Positions 18,733-29,212 of a stretch of DNA of 64,000 bases are shown in pieces (within the stretch, counting starts at the first letter, position 1; every line of letters begins with the position of its first letter). The stretch comes from Candidatus Latescibacterota bacterium (GTDB lineage: Bacteria; Latescibacterota; UBA2968; UBA8231). The translations under genes and the position numbers were made by a program. The notes under the pieces are model-generated. The model was not told where the DNA came from. It searched no databases and saw nothing but the letters and a program-made list of their open reading frames with translations. The stretch is from NCBI GenBank assembly GCA_965223905.1, contig CBDCXV010000011.1, positions 1,856,001 to 1,920,000 of the forward strand, in the 5' to 3' direction.

Positions 18733-21060
18733 TCAGCGCACCCTGAACTCCGCCCGTCTCTCGGCTTCGTTGCCGCACCGGTCGCGGGCGGTGACGCGCA
18801 GCACGTGCCTTCCCGGCTGCAGGTCCGCCTCGGGCCGGTAGAGCAGCAGGCTGGCCTCCGGGTCGTACTCGAAAATCACCCCCATCCCATCGAGCTCCAT
18901 GACGAGGTCGGTCTCGGCGCCGATCCCCGAACCGGAGTCGGCGACCCTGGCCGAGAAGAGGCCCGGGCTGCGCTCCAGAACGGCGCCGCCGGGGGGGGTC
19001 AACCCGGAAATCGCCGGGGGAGTTTCGTCGGCGAGCACGGCGAACCGTCCGAGGTTCCTGACCTTGGCGCCGATCCGGGTCGATCCCCGGCTCAGCCGGT
19101 TGCCTGCGAACCCCCAGCCCCCCTTCCTCCCCTGCCTGTAGACGGCGAGCTTGCCGGGCGCATGGCCATCCTCCGGAACGCGGAATGTTACCTCGACATG
19201 CTTGTCGAAACTTGCCAGCACCGGGCCGAAGGCGTATCCGGGGCCGGTGCTCTTCAGCTCCTTCGTGCCGGACGTTGCGAATGGGGAGGCCTGGGGATAG
19301 ACGGGTCCATAGGCGCTTGTCGCGGCGAAGCGGAGGGAAACCGCGCCTTCGGCGAAACTCAGATCGACCGCTTCCCCCGGAACCGCGGGGCGCAGATTGA
19401 GCGGGATCTCGAGCCGCGCCGAGGGGCGGTCAGGAGGTGCCGCGACCAGCACGGGAACGGGGCCTGCGGGAAGGCCCGAAGCGCCCAGAAGACCGGCTGC
19501 TGCTCCCCGCAGGGCGCGCAGGTCCGCGGTCAGCTCGAATTGTCGAGGGCCTTCCTGGCGCACACGGAGGGCCGCGCCGGGAACGACCGGGCCCCGGGAG
19601 GCACCCGGGCCCTTTATCTCCAAGGAAACTGCAGGAGCCGCGGTCAGGTGCGCGTCGCTGGTCAAAACGACGGTGACGTACTCCCCGTGGGCCTGGACCG
19701 GCGCCGCGGTCAGCCGCGCCGAGGCAGCCGGCTCCGCGGTGAGGATCACGGCGTCGCGGCCGCCGGCCGGATCGCTTGCGGCCAGCTCCCAGACCGCCCC
19801 CGGACCCCCTCCCTCGAGGGCGAAGGAGTAGGGGCCGCCTCCCACCCGGACCTCCTGCCGCACGACCGGCCGCGCCTTTCCGCCTTCCATCGGGGACAGC
19901 GAAACGGTGACGCGGTCGTCGTCTGCATCGGCGATCTCCATCTCGGCGAAAAAGTGGTTTCCATCGGCGGCGAGAAGCCGCGGGCCGAGGATGGCGGGGT
20001 CGGCGTTGACCAGCAGCCGGCAGCGAGCCGTGGCCCTGTTGCCGGCGGCGTCGAACGACTCGATCTCCAGCAGGTGCGACCCCTTCCCCAGGACCGGTTC
20101 GGCCCCGCTCGCCGGTTCGCCGCCGCACTGCAGTATCCCGGCTGCTTCCCCTTTCGGACGGTAGAACGGCAGGCGGTTCCCCGGCAGGCGAAAGAGGTTG
20201 AAATAGGTGCGCAGGGCCCCGCCGGAGGGAATGCGGAAGCGATCGAGGCGCATCTGGTAGCCATCGGAGTAGGAGACCGAGGCGTAGCGCGCGGAAAACC
20301 GCTCGACCCCGTCGACGAGCAGGCGGTTGCCGAGCGGCGCCAGCTTGTTGGCGGCCGCGTCGGCGCGGTCGTACTCCTCGACGGCGATCCCGATCCTGCC
20401 GTAGACCCTCAACGGACCGGGGGCCGCGAACCTGCCCGCTTCCGCACCCGGACGCAGCTCCACCGAAACGGGGTGGGAGCGTCCGTTCACGCGGCTGGCG
20501 CTGTCCATCGGCACCAGGGCGATCCGCTGCAGGGTCGGTGCCTTCGTGTCGGTTACGGAGTAGCCGTGGAGCAGCGGGTTGACCGGGACGTTGCCGGCAT
20601 TGCGAATCTCCAGGTGCAGGTGGGGCGGTCCCGCACCGCTCTCGCCGCTGCGCGCGATCACCTCCCCGCGCGCGACCGGGAGCTCCCCCTCCCCGAACCA
20701 GAGGTCGATGCTGTACCTGCCCGCCTCCTGCTGCGCCGCATGTACCCGTTGCGCCAGCACCTTCGAGAACGACTCGAGGTGGGCGTAGACGGCGATCCGG
20801 CCGTCGCGGAGCTTCTGATACACGGCGCGGCCGTAGCCCCAGGGAGAGGTGCGGACGCGCATGACGTGCCCGGCGGCGACGGCCCGCACCTCGCACCCGG
20901 TCCGGCCCCAGGTCTTGAGATCGATGCCGGCATGAAACGCGGAGGACCGGGTTTCCCCGAAGGTCGAGGAGAGAGCGGGATCGAGGTCGAGCGGCCACAG
21001 AAGGGCAGGCTCGGCAGCGGCGGAACCGGGGCCGGCGGCGAGCATGACAGCCCCCGCCAT
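18733..21060 (-). CDS. Secreted M23 family metallopeptidase
   Basis: FGETRSSAFHAGID (HxxxD), YAHL and PHLHLE (HxH); start approximate. Confidence 0.85.
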   Translation of the reverse strand: MAGAVMLAAGPGSAAAEPALLWPLDLDPALSSTFGETRSSAFHAGIDLKTWGRTGCEVRAVAAGHVMRVRTSPWGYGRAVYQKLRDGRIAVYAHLESFSKVLAQRVHAAQQEAGRYSIDLWFGEGELPVARGEVIARSGESGAGPPHLHLEIRNAGNVPVNPLLHGYSVTDTKAPTLQRIALVPMDSASRVNGRSHPVSVELRPGAEAGRFAAPGPLRVYGRIGIAVEEYDRADAAANKLAPLGNRLLVDGVERFSARYASVSYSDGYQMRLDRFRIPSGGALRTYFNLFRLPGNRLPFYRPKGEAAGILQCGGEPASGAEPVLGKGSHLLEIESFDAAGNRATARCRLLVNADPAILGPRLLAADGNHFFAEMEIADADDDRVTVSLSPMEGGKARPVVRQEVRVGGGPYSFALEGGGPGAVWELAASDPAGGRDAVILTAEPAASARLTAAPVQAHGEYVTVVLTSDAHLTAAPAVSLEIKGPGASRGPVVPGAALRVRQEGPRQFELTADLRALRGAAAGLLGASGLPAGPVPVLVAAPPDRPSARLEIPLNLRPAVPGEAVDLSFAEGAVSLRFAATSAYGPVYPQASPFATSGTKELKSTGPGYAFGPVLASFDKHVEVTFRVPEDGHAPGKLAVYRQGRKGGWGFAGNRLSRGSTRIGAKVRNLGRFAVLADETPPAISGLTPPGGAVLERSPGLFSARVADSGSGIGAETDLVMELDGMGVIFEYDPEASLLLYRPEADLQPGRHVLRVTARDRCGNEAERRAEFRVR

Positions 21061-21164
21061 GAGAAGTGCCTTGATGAAATCGCCCTGGATTCGAGGTGCT
21101 GCAGCAATCCGGGCGCAGGTCCGGAACCGGCTGTTCGACAGGCTTCCTGGAACAGGCAAGGCAG

Positions 21165-21836
21165 CTACCGCGATCCGTCGGGGAACACCTCGAGGGCGAT
21201 GCGCTCGCCGTCCACCGACAGGTAGTGGAGCGGCTCCTCGGTCCAGGACCCGGTGTTGAGATAGCGCCGGCCGTCCCGGTGCATCTCCATGGCCGCGTGG
21301 GTATGGCCGCAGGTGACGGCGCGGTGGCCGCTCGATTCCGCCCTGCTGATCGCCTTCCCGGCCACGTGCTCGTTCAGTACGGCGTAGAGGAATCCCCACT
21401 TCTTGGCGTAGAGGGCGACGTGGACATCCGGCAGGCCGGCGAATACGAGAGCGCGGTGGAACAGCTTGAAGAGCGCCTTGAACAGGCGGTGGCGGGGCAT
21501 CACCTCGTCGAGGTCATGGCCGTGGACGACCAGCAGCTGCCCGATCTCCCACTGGTTTTCGAAGCGGATCCCGCCCGGGTCCGGCAGCACGAAATCGCGG
21601 TCGTGGTTGCCGCGCACCCAGATCACCGGGCGGCTGTGCGACTCGGCGACGAGGCGCCGCAGAACGGCGTCGTGCTCGGCGCAAAGGGGCTCGCCCGGAT
21701 CGTCGACAATGTCCCCGTTCAGGATCAGCGCCGCCTCGAAGGGCAGTTCGTCCAGCCAGGCGAGGAACTGGGTGTGGCAGAAGTGCCTGTCCCCGAGATG
21801 GAGGTCGCTGACGACGAAGGATACCGGGGCGGTCAT
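21165..21836 (-). CDS. Calcineurin-like metallophosphoesterase (LpxH-like)
   Basis: SDLHLG, NGDIVD, GNHD, HGH, CGHTH and NTGSW motifs. Confidence 0.85.
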   Translation of the reverse strand: MTAPVSFVVSDLHLGDRHFCHTQFLAWLDELPFEAALILNGDIVDDPGEPLCAEHDAVLRRLVAESHSRPVIWVRGNHDRDFVLPDPGGIRFENQWEIGQLLVVHGHDLDEVMPRHRLFKALFKLFHRALVFAGLPDVHVALYAKKWGFLYAVLNEHVAGKAISRAESSGHRAVTCGHTHAAMEMHRDGRRYLNTGSWTEEPLHYLSVDGERIALEVFPDGSR

Positions 21837-21933
21837 CGGTTTGCCGCCTCGAGGAGCAGCTTCGAAATTGGGGTGGCAAGACCTTCCGGACTCGCAATCC
21901 GGAAGGTCGCAATCGGGAAGGTTCTGGTGTTGC

Positions 21934-23460
21934 ATGCGGGATGTATCGGCGGCTGAATTGAATTACGCCACAGGTCTGGAAAGGCGCAAAGAACCTGCCT
22001 CCGGGGCGGTGCGCGCCGCTTTGCTCGAGCACCTTTCCCGCCTCCTGGCCGACCCGGGGGAGCGCGACGCCTTCGTCGATCACATGAGCTTTCCCGCTCC
22101 CCCTTCGGTTCGCGTCAATCCACTGATGCCGCAGGCGCCGCGGCTGCGGCAGGCCTGCGCCGCCACCGGCCGGGGAGTGCCCTGGTCGCCGGACGTCTTC
22201 GCCCTCGACGGCATGGAGGCCCGCCTCGGTACCGCTCTCGAGCACCTCCTCGGCGGCTGTTACATACAGGCCAAGGCGGCGACCTTCGCTGTTGCCGTCC
22301 TCGATCCCCAACCGGGAGAGCGCGTCCTCGATCTCGCCGCGGCCCCTGGCGGAAAATCGACCCAGATCGCCGCGGCCATGGAGAACAGCGGCCTGCTCGT
22401 CGCCAACGAGCCGAACCGCCGCCGCCTTTCGGCCCTGGCCGGCAACCTCGAGCGCTGCGGGGTGCACAACTGCGTCCTGACGCAGGCTCCGGGAACGGTG
22501 CTGGCCCGCTATTTCCACAACTGCTTCGACCGCGTCCTGCTCGACGTTCCCTGCAGCGGCGACGGGATCCTGCGCAAGGACGAGGGAGTGCTGCGCTACT
22601 GGTCCCCCGAAGACGCCGTCCGCAAGAGCCGGCAGCAGCTCGGCTTGGCGCGGGCGGCCTTTCACATGCTGCGGCCCGGCGGGACCCTAGTCTACTCCTC
22701 CTGCTCGCTGTCGACCGAGGAGAACGAGGACGTCCTGCTCGCCCTGCTGAGCACCTATCCGGAGCAGGCCGAGGTGACCCCGATCGACCAACCAGAACTC
22801 GGCCCCCCGCTTGCCGATGACGCCGCTTCCGCCTACCCGGACAGCTTTCGCGGCATGGCGCGCGTCTGGCCCCATCTCCAGCATACGGAAGGGGCCTGCG
22901 TCGCCCGGGTCCGCAAGCTGGCTGCAACCGAATGGAAGGTGGTCGAGGGGAACGCAGGCGGCCGCTTCGGGCCACCTGCACCTGTCGCGGACAGAAGTGC
23001 ACTCGACGGCCTGGAAGAGCGCTGGGGGTTCCGGGCTCCCCTCCCCGGAGACGGCACCCTGACTGCCGAGCCCAGGCACCTGCAGGTGCGGCCCCGGTCC
23101 TGGGAGGCCTTCGCCGGGCTTCCCTTTTACGTACGCAGCGGCATGAAGGTCGCCAGCATCCACAAGGGCCATCCCTACCTCACCCACCAGGCGGCGACCC
23201 TGTGGGGAGGCGGGATGACGCGCCGCCTGCTGCCGCTGGAGTGGGCGGACGTCCGCACCCTGTTCGCCGGCAGGGACGTCGATCTCGAAGGAAGGAAGGT
23301 GGATCCCGGGGAAGTGCTTCTCACCCATGGGCCGTGGTCGCTGGCGCGCGGCCTCGTGCGCGCCGACGGCAGCTTGACCGGGTTCCTGCCCAGGTCGCTG
23401 CGGACCGGGACTCTCACCAGGCTCCGCGACTGGGGCGGCGTCGAGCGGCCCCGGGCCTGA
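21934..23460 (+). CDS. RsmB/RsmF/NOL1/NOP2 family RNA m5C methyltransferase
   Basis: LDLAAAPGGKS, DVPCSG and YSSCSL..EENE motifs. Confidence 0.9.
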   Translation: MRDVSAAELNYATGLERRKEPASGAVRAALLEHLSRLLADPGERDAFVDHMSFPAPPSVRVNPLMPQAPRLRQACAATGRGVPWSPDVFALDGMEARLGTALEHLLGGCYIQAKAATFAVAVLDPQPGERVLDLAAAPGGKSTQIAAAMENSGLLVANEPNRRRLSALAGNLERCGVHNCVLTQAPGTVLARYFHNCFDRVLLDVPCSGDGILRKDEGVLRYWSPEDAVRKSRQQLGLARAAFHMLRPGGTLVYSSCSLSTEENEDVLLALLSTYPEQAEVTPIDQPELGPPLADDAASAYPDSFRGMARVWPHLQHTEGACVARVRKLAATEWKVVEGNAGGRFGPPAPVADRSALDGLEERWGFRAPLPGDGTLTAEPRHLQVRPRSWEAFAGLPFYVRSGMKVASIHKGHPYLTHQAATLWGGGMTRRLLPLEWADVRTLFAGRDVDLEGRKVDPGEVLLTHGPWSLARGLVRADGSLTGFLPRSLRTGTLTRLRDWGGVERPRA

Positions 23461-23816
23461 GGCGCCGATCCGATTGGCACTCTGTTTTTCCCTACGGGAC
23501 CCGGACCGCCCGTAAACGCCCGCTTTTCCGGCCAGGCCGGCAGGCCGCCCAGGGACCAGGTCTTCAGTGAGGTGTCTCCTAAGTGGCCCCTGCAATGGGT
23601 GCGGCCGGACCGGCGTAGAGGGCCGGAAGCAACCTGGACGGAAGGGGACCAGCCCATACCCCATCGGATGATGCGCAGAATCTCGCGATTCCGCGGCCCG
23701 GGTTCGAACGACAAGGAGGACGGAACATGGCCTGCTCACTGGTTTCCTGCCAGCAAGTAGCCCCATCCTGATATGGCTGGCCCGGATCCGCTTGCCCCAT
23801 TCTCCCGGGTCGAGCT

Positions 23817-25028
23817 GTGAACAGGACGGTACACGGCTGGCTCACGGGTTTTGTGCGAGCCGGAAGCAGCGGCCAGCCGCACACATTCGGCAACCCTGCC
23901 GCTCTCTGCGCCGGCAGCGGCGACACAAAATGGCAGCAGACTGAAACGAACCTCCTCCTCGTCCGGGTACCGGCGTTCCCGCGGCTGGTTTCCCTCCTTC
24001 TTCTGCTGTTCCAGGCCCCGGCCCTGACGCCGGCATCCGCCGGCGAGGGCCCTGCAGCCGAATGGCAGAAGGGGATCACCTTCACCCACCTGTACCGGCC
24101 GCACAACAACCTCCTGTCGGAGCGGTCCCGGCGATCGCTCGAACACCTGCGCTCGCGAGTGGGGGCCGAGTGGATCGCCCTCAACCCGTTCGGGTACCAG
24201 CGCGACGTCGACGATCCAAACGTCCTCTTCGGCGGCGATCCCCCCGACGCCCACCTGCGCCACGCAATCGCCGGCGCCCGCGAGCTCGGCCTCAAGGTGA
24301 TGCTCAAACCGCACGTCTGGCTGCACCACCAGAGCGCCGAACGCTGGCGGGGGACGATCGCCATGAACAGCGAGGAGGACTGGGAAGCCTGGTTCGAAAG
24401 CTACGGGAAATTCATCCTCCATTACGCCGCCCTCGCCGAGGCGGAGGACGTCGAGATCTTCTGCATCGGGGTCGAGCTGGCGCGCACCGCGATCGAGCGC
24501 GAGCAGGACTGGCGCGACCTCGTCGCCGAGATCAGGAAGCGCTACCGCGGGCCGCTGGTGTACGCGGCGAACTGGTGGCAGGAGTACGACCGCATCGGTT
24601 TCTGGGAGGCCCTCGACTACATCGGCGTCAACGCCTTCTTCCCGTTAAGCGACGTCCCCGATCCCTCCTCGGAGACGCTGCGCTCCAAGGCCGAGGCGGT
24701 CGCCGGGGAGCTCGCGCTGCTGCACCAGCGCACCGGCAAACCGGTGCTGTTCACGGAGGTGGGGTTCAAGAGCACGCGCGGCACAGGCATGCGGCCCTGG
24801 CAGTGGCCGCGGCGGTACGAGCCGGAAATCGACCTCGAGGCTCAGTCGCGCTGCTACGAGGCGGTGCTGCAGGTTTTCTGGAGCAAGCCCTGGTTTTCCG
24901 GGATGTATTGGTGGAAGTGGTTCAGCGACCTCGACCGCGGCGGCGCCTCCCACCCCGGGTTCACCCCGCGAGGAAAGCCGGCTGAGGCCGTCCTCGCGGA
25001 GTGGTACCGAAAACCGAAGCCGAGATGA
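23817..25028 (+). CDS. Glycoside hydrolase family 113-like protein
   Basis: VMLKPHVW, IGVEL, YAANW, DYIGVNAFFPL and LFTEVG motifs; true start likely later. Confidence 0.75.
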   Translation: MNRTVHGWLTGFVRAGSSGQPHTFGNPAALCAGSGDTKWQQTETNLLLVRVPAFPRLVSLLLLLFQAPALTPASAGEGPAAEWQKGITFTHLYRPHNNLLSERSRRSLEHLRSRVGAEWIALNPFGYQRDVDDPNVLFGGDPPDAHLRHAIAGARELGLKVMLKPHVWLHHQSAERWRGTIAMNSEEDWEAWFESYGKFILHYAALAEAEDVEIFCIGVELARTAIEREQDWRDLVAEIRKRYRGPLVYAANWWQEYDRIGFWEALDYIGVNAFFPLSDVPDPSSETLRSKAEAVAGELALLHQRTGKPVLFTEVGFKSTRGTGMRPWQWPRRYEPEIDLEAQSRCYEAVLQVFWSKPWFSGMYWWKWFSDLDRGGASHPGFTPRGKPAEAVLAEWYRKPKPR

Positions 25029-25543
25029 ATCAGCGCAATCCTGCTGTTCCGGGGGCCTGAACGCCGGGGACGCCCGCTCAACTGGGAGCTGGTACTCCCC
25101 CGCCAGCTCCGCTTCGGTCCGGAACCGAGGGGTCTTGGGGACCGCCAGGGCCGCGGGATACACCAGGCCATGGACGAGGGAGGCGAAGCAGGCCCTTTGG
25201 GGTTCGCCCGAAACCGCGGCCCCTGGCCGGACTTCAGGATAACAGCTAAACCGACGAAGGGCCGCCCCCGCTTCCGGAACGTCTGAGCCGAGAGTTGAGA
25301 ATCGATCTGAGTCCGTAAAACAGGTCACCGGCTCCCTGAGTTCCAGCCCACCAGGGGAAAGCATTTCGTTTCCTGCGGAACATCTTTCCCACCCCGCCCG
25401 GCAGGCCTTCACCCGCGAGTTTCCACACACCCACCATATGCGGGGCCCCCTCCGGCCGGTCGCCCCCAGATCCGGAGGGCCTCCCCTGCAGCAGATCGCG
25501 TTGTTCCCCGAAACGGCGCTGGCCATCGGGGAGTCCCGGGACT

Positions 25544-25558
25544 TGGCACGCGGTTTGC
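25544..25558 (+). promoter_or_regulatory. Sigma54 (-24/-12) promoter
   Basis: TGGCAC-GCGGT-TTGC, an exact match to TGGCAC-N5-TTGC. Confidence 0.75.
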
Positions 25559-25569
25559 CGGAGGGTAAT

Positions 25570-25675
25570 CAGATCCATCCTCCCTGTGGTTCGGGATCCG
25601 AAGGCAGAGACTCCCCCTCGCATCCATCTGCTACTCCTCTCGCAGATGGAGCCTTCGGGTCCCGCATTTTTTTTT
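25570..25675 (+). ncRNA. Candidate sigma54-dependent small RNA (~105 nt)
   Basis: Starts at the predicted +1. Contains a 13-bp stem GGGATCCGAAGGC/GCCTTCGGGTCCC, an inner hairpin TCCATCTGC/GCAGATGGA, three CTCC-rich unpaired tracts and a terminal T9; no ORF. Confidence 0.55.
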
Positions 25676-26288
25676 ACGATTCCTGTCGCCAGGCGGGAAA
25701 CAGCTCCTGCCGGATCCCCAGCAGGTTGAGCACGCGGCCTGCCATGAAGTCGGCCAGATCGTCGAACGATTCGGGCTTCTGGTAGAAGGCCGGCATGGCG
25801 GGAACCACGGTGGCGCCGGCCTCGGCGAGCGCCGTCAGGTTGCGCAGCTGGATCAGGTTCAGCGGGGTCTCTCGCGGCACCAGGATCAACGGCCGCCGCT
25901 CCTTCAGGGCGACGTCGGCGGCGCGCTCGATCAGGTTGGAGGAGAAACCGCAGGCGATCGCGGCGAAGGTTTTGGCCGAGCAGGGAATGACCACCATCCC
26001 GTCCATCGCCACCGAGCCGCTGGCGAGCGCCGAGGTCAGGTCGTTGACTCCGTACTCGACGAGAGTGCCCGCAGCGACGCCGTCTCCGTACAGTCGCTGG
26101 AGAAACTGCTGCACCGACTCCTTGTCGGGCTTCAGGCCCATCTCCTCGTGCAGGATGTAGCGCCCGTACCGCGACAGTACCAGGTGGGCCTCATGGCCGC
26201 CCTGCAGCAGGGCGCGCAGGAAGCGGCAGGCGTAGATGCCGCCGCTCGCACCGGTGACGGCAACGGCGATTCTCCTGGTTTCACTCAT
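25674..26288 (-). CDS. ubiX: Flavin prenyltransferase UbiX
   Basis: [24 protein letters not shown] and PAMPAFY motifs. Confidence 0.93.
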   Translation of the reverse strand: MSETRRIAVAVTGASGGIYACRFLRALLQGGHEAHLVLSRYGRYILHEEMGLKPDKESVQQFLQRLYGDGVAAGTLVEYGVNDLTSALASGSVAMDGMVVIPCSAKTFAAIACGFSSNLIERAADVALKERRPLILVPRETPLNLIQLRNLTALAEAGATVVPAMPAFYQKPESFDDLADFMAGRVLNLLGIRQELFPAWRQES

Positions 26289-28308
26289 CGGCTTCGCCTT
26301 GGCGGCTCCCGGTCCGATGCTGGTTCGCGGCGCCGGCCTGCAGGGTCTCGATGATGGCGTCGACGTCGTACACGCAGCCGCCCCAGGTGCCGCCGCCGAC
26401 GTTCTGCAGCGCCGCCCACAGCCTCGTGTCGTCAGGCAGTTCCTCCTCGGCGGCAAGGTCGGGGCGCGGCCGCCGCTGCCGCAGCACCTCTTCCCCGCGC
26501 CCGGCTCCGAACTCGACCCCGGCTTCCCCCACGAGGTCGAGACGGCCGCGCAGCGCGCGGGTGTCGATCTCGATGCCGACCAGGTCTCCGTCCCGCAGCT
26601 TGCCGAGCGGTCCGCCGCCGAGGGCCTCGGGTCCGATGTGGCCGACGCAGGCACCGGTCGAGAACCCGGAGAAACGCGCGTCGGTCAGCACCGCAACCCG
26701 GCTTCCGTAGTCGAGGTACTTCAGCGCCGTCGTCACCTGGGCGATCTCCTCCATGCCGGTGCCCAGGGGGCCGCAACTCAGCAGCACCATCACGTCCCCG
26801 GCCTCGATCCGCTGCGCCTTGAGGGCGGCGACTGCGGCGCGCTCGGTGGTGAAGATCTTCGCAGGACCGGTGTGCCGGTAGAAACCGTCTCCGTCGAGCA
26901 CCGCCGGGTCGATCGACGTGCTCTTCACCACCGATCCCTGCGGCGCCAGGTTGCCGCGCGGGAAGCAGACGGTGCTGGTCAGGCCTTTGCCGCGGGCCGC
27001 TTCCGGCGACATGATCACCTCGTCCGGGTCGACGCCGTCCGCGGCGCGCAACACCTCCCTGAAGCGGGCACGGCGCTCGCTGTTCTCCCACCAGTCGAGG
27101 TTCTCCCCGAGGGGCTTTCCGGTTGCGGTCAGGGCCTCTTCCTCGAGCAGGCCGAGGGCGCGCAGGTGCAGCATCACCTCCGGCACCCCTCCGGCCAGGA
27201 AGGCGCGCACGGTCGGGTGGTACTGCGGCCCGTTCGGCAGCACGTCGACGAGACGTGGCACCAGGCGGTTGAGGCGGTCCCAGTCCTCGACGGTGGGGCG
27301 CGGTCGCCCGGCGGCGTAGGCGATCGCCGGCACGTGCAGGATCAGGTTGGTCGAGCCGCCGAAGGCGGCGTGGGTGACCATGGCGTTGTGGAACGCCGCA
27401 TCGGTCAGCAGGTCCCGCGAGGCGATCCCGGCGCTTTCCAACGCCGTCACCGCCCGCGCGGTGCGCGTCGCCATGTCGTACCAGACCGGCTCCCCGGAAG
27501 GAGCGAGGGCGGCGTGCGGCAGGGTCAGCCCGAGCGCCTCGGCGACGACCTGCGAGGTCGCGGCGGTGCCGAGGAACTGGCAGCCGCCCCCGGCGGTGGC
27601 GCAGGCCCGGCAGCCGTAGTCGTTGACCTCGTCGATGGTGATCTCGCCGTGGGCCAGGCGCACCCCGACCGATTGGATCTTGCCGGCGTCCTCGCCGTGC
27701 TCCGGGGGCAGGGTGACCCCCCCGGGGATCACGGCGACCGGAAGGTCGCGGGTCCCGGCGAGGGCGATCAGCACTGCGGGCAGCCCCTTGTCGCAGGTTC
27801 CGACGCCGATGACGCCGCGGCGGGTCGGCAGCGAGCGGATCAGGCGCCTCATCACCAGGGCGGCGTCGTTGCGGTAAGGCAGGCTGTCGAACATCCCCGC
27901 GGTGCCCTGGGAGCGGCCGTCGCACGGGTCGGAGCAGTAGGCGGCGAACGGAATCCCCCCCAGCCGCCGGATCTCGCCGGCGGCCGCCTCCATCAGCAGC
28001 CCCACCTCCCAGTGCCCGGTGTGGTAGCCGAGGGCGACCGGGGAACCGTCCGGCGCCCTGATCCCCCCCATGGTGCTGATGATGAGGAACTCGTTGCGCC
28101 CGAGCTCGGAGGGGTCCCAGCCCATGCCGGCGTTCTGGCTGTAGGCGAAGATGTCGCCGCTCGGGGAGCCGATCACCTGCTCGATCTGCAGGGGCAGCTT
28201 GCCCTCCGGTCCGGGCGCCCGGGTGCGCACCTCGAATACGTCGTCTCGGGAGGGGGCCTCGACGATCTGCTCGAACCCCGGAAGCTGTCCGCTGGCGTTT
28301 CGCGTCAT
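26281..28308 (-). CDS. YjhG/YagF-type sugar-acid (D-xylonate) dehydratase, IlvD/Edd family
   Basis: [39 protein letters not shown] and TDARFSG motifs. Confidence 0.88.
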   Translation of the reverse strand: MTRNASGQLPGFEQIVEAPSRDDVFEVRTRAPGPEGKLPLQIEQVIGSPSGDIFAYSQNAGMGWDPSELGRNEFLIISTMGGIRAPDGSPVALGYHTGHWEVGLLMEAAAGEIRRLGGIPFAAYCSDPCDGRSQGTAGMFDSLPYRNDAALVMRRLIRSLPTRRGVIGVGTCDKGLPAVLIALAGTRDLPVAVIPGGVTLPPEHGEDAGKIQSVGVRLAHGEITIDEVNDYGCRACATAGGGCQFLGTAATSQVVAEALGLTLPHAALAPSGEPVWYDMATRTARAVTALESAGIASRDLLTDAAFHNAMVTHAAFGGSTNLILHVPAIAYAAGRPRPTVEDWDRLNRLVPRLVDVLPNGPQYHPTVRAFLAGGVPEVMLHLRALGLLEEEALTATGKPLGENLDWWENSERRARFREVLRAADGVDPDEVIMSPEAARGKGLTSTVCFPRGNLAPQGSVVKSTSIDPAVLDGDGFYRHTGPAKIFTTERAAVAALKAQRIEAGDVMVLLSCGPLGTGMEEIAQVTTALKYLDYGSRVAVLTDARFSGFSTGACVGHIGPEALGGGPLGKLRDGDLVGIEIDTRALRGRLDLVGEAGVEFGAGRGEEVLRQRRPRPDLAAEEELPDDTRLWAALQNVGGGTWGGCVYDVDAIIETLQAGAANQHRTGSRQGEADE

Positions 28309-28315
28309 GGATCGA

Positions 28316-29212
28316 TCACACCGGTTGCAGTCCCGGCCACTCGCCGAGAAGCAGGAGGTCGGCCAGGGTGAAGAGGAAGAAGACGATGCTGACGATGCTG
28401 TTCATCGTCATGAAGGCGGTGTTGACCTTGGTCAGGTCGTCGGGCCGCACCAGTCGGTGCTCGTGGAACAGCAGGGCGGCGATCAGCGCCACCCCGGCAA
28501 TGTAGAGCAGCTCGAGAGGCATCAGGGCTCCGAGGGCGAGCATGAAGAGGACGGCGAGGCCGTGAAGGCCGCGGGCGAAGCTCAGGGCGCCGCGCAGGCC
28601 GAAGCGAACCGGGATCGAGTGCAGGCCGCTGTCGCGGTCGAAGTCCCGGTCCTGGCAGGCGTAGAGGATGTCGAACCCCGCGACCCATGAGAGCACGGCG
28701 AGTCCGAGAACCAGGGGGGGAAGTGCGATGCCCCCGGTCACGGCGATCCAGGCCCCCACCGGGGCGAGCGCGAGACTGATGCCGAGCACGAGGTGGGAAA
28801 ACCAGGTGAAGCGCTTGGTCCAGGAGTAGAAGAAGACGACCCCGAGGGCCACGGGCGAGAGCACGAAGCAGAGCGGGTTGAGGTTGTACGCTGCCACGGC
28901 CAGGAGCACGGAGGAGGCGGAGACGAAGAGGGCCGCGGAGACGGCGGACATCGCTCCGCTCGGCAGCTCGCGGTTGCGGGTACGGGGATTGGCGGCGTCG
29001 ATGTGACGGTCGGCGACGCGGTTGAACCCCATGGCGGCGCTGCGCGCCGCGACCATGGCGACGACGATCCAGCCGGCCTGGCTCCAGGAGAAGCCGGAGG
29101 TCGCCGCGGCCAGGGCGGCCCCGCTCAGGGCGAACGGCAGCGCGAAGATGCTGTGCGAGAACCGGATCATGCGGCCGTACAGCCGTACCTGGGCGAGCGG
29201 GGACACGGTCAC
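28316..29212 (-). CDS. UbiA-family prenyltransferase (MqnP-like)
   Basis: [25 protein letters not shown] and FDILYACQD motifs; located in the mqn operon. Confidence 0.9.
   Translation of the reverse strand: MTVSPLAQVRLYGRMIRFSHSIFALPFALSGAALAAATSGFSWSQAGWIVVAMVAARSAAMGFNRVADRHIDAANPRTRNRELPSGAMSAVSAALFVSASSVLLAVAAYNLNPLCFVLSPVALGVVFFYSWTKRFTWFSHLVLGISLALAPVGAWIAVTGGIALPPLVLGLAVLSWVAGFDILYACQDRDFDRDSGLHSIPVRFGLRGALSFARGLHGLAVLFMLALGALMPLELLYIAGVALIAALLFHEHRLVRPDDLTKVNTAFMTMNSIVSIVFFLFTLADLLLLGEWPGLQPV

Noticed and set aside
23474-23490. TTGGCAC as a sigma54 -24 box
   Set aside because: No TTGC at the -12 position (sequence is TTTT).
25085-25112. tmRNA-like 3' end (CCCGCCAGCTCC)
   Set aside because: No T-arm GTTCRA, no CCA and no matching 5' end; explained as a simple hairpin.
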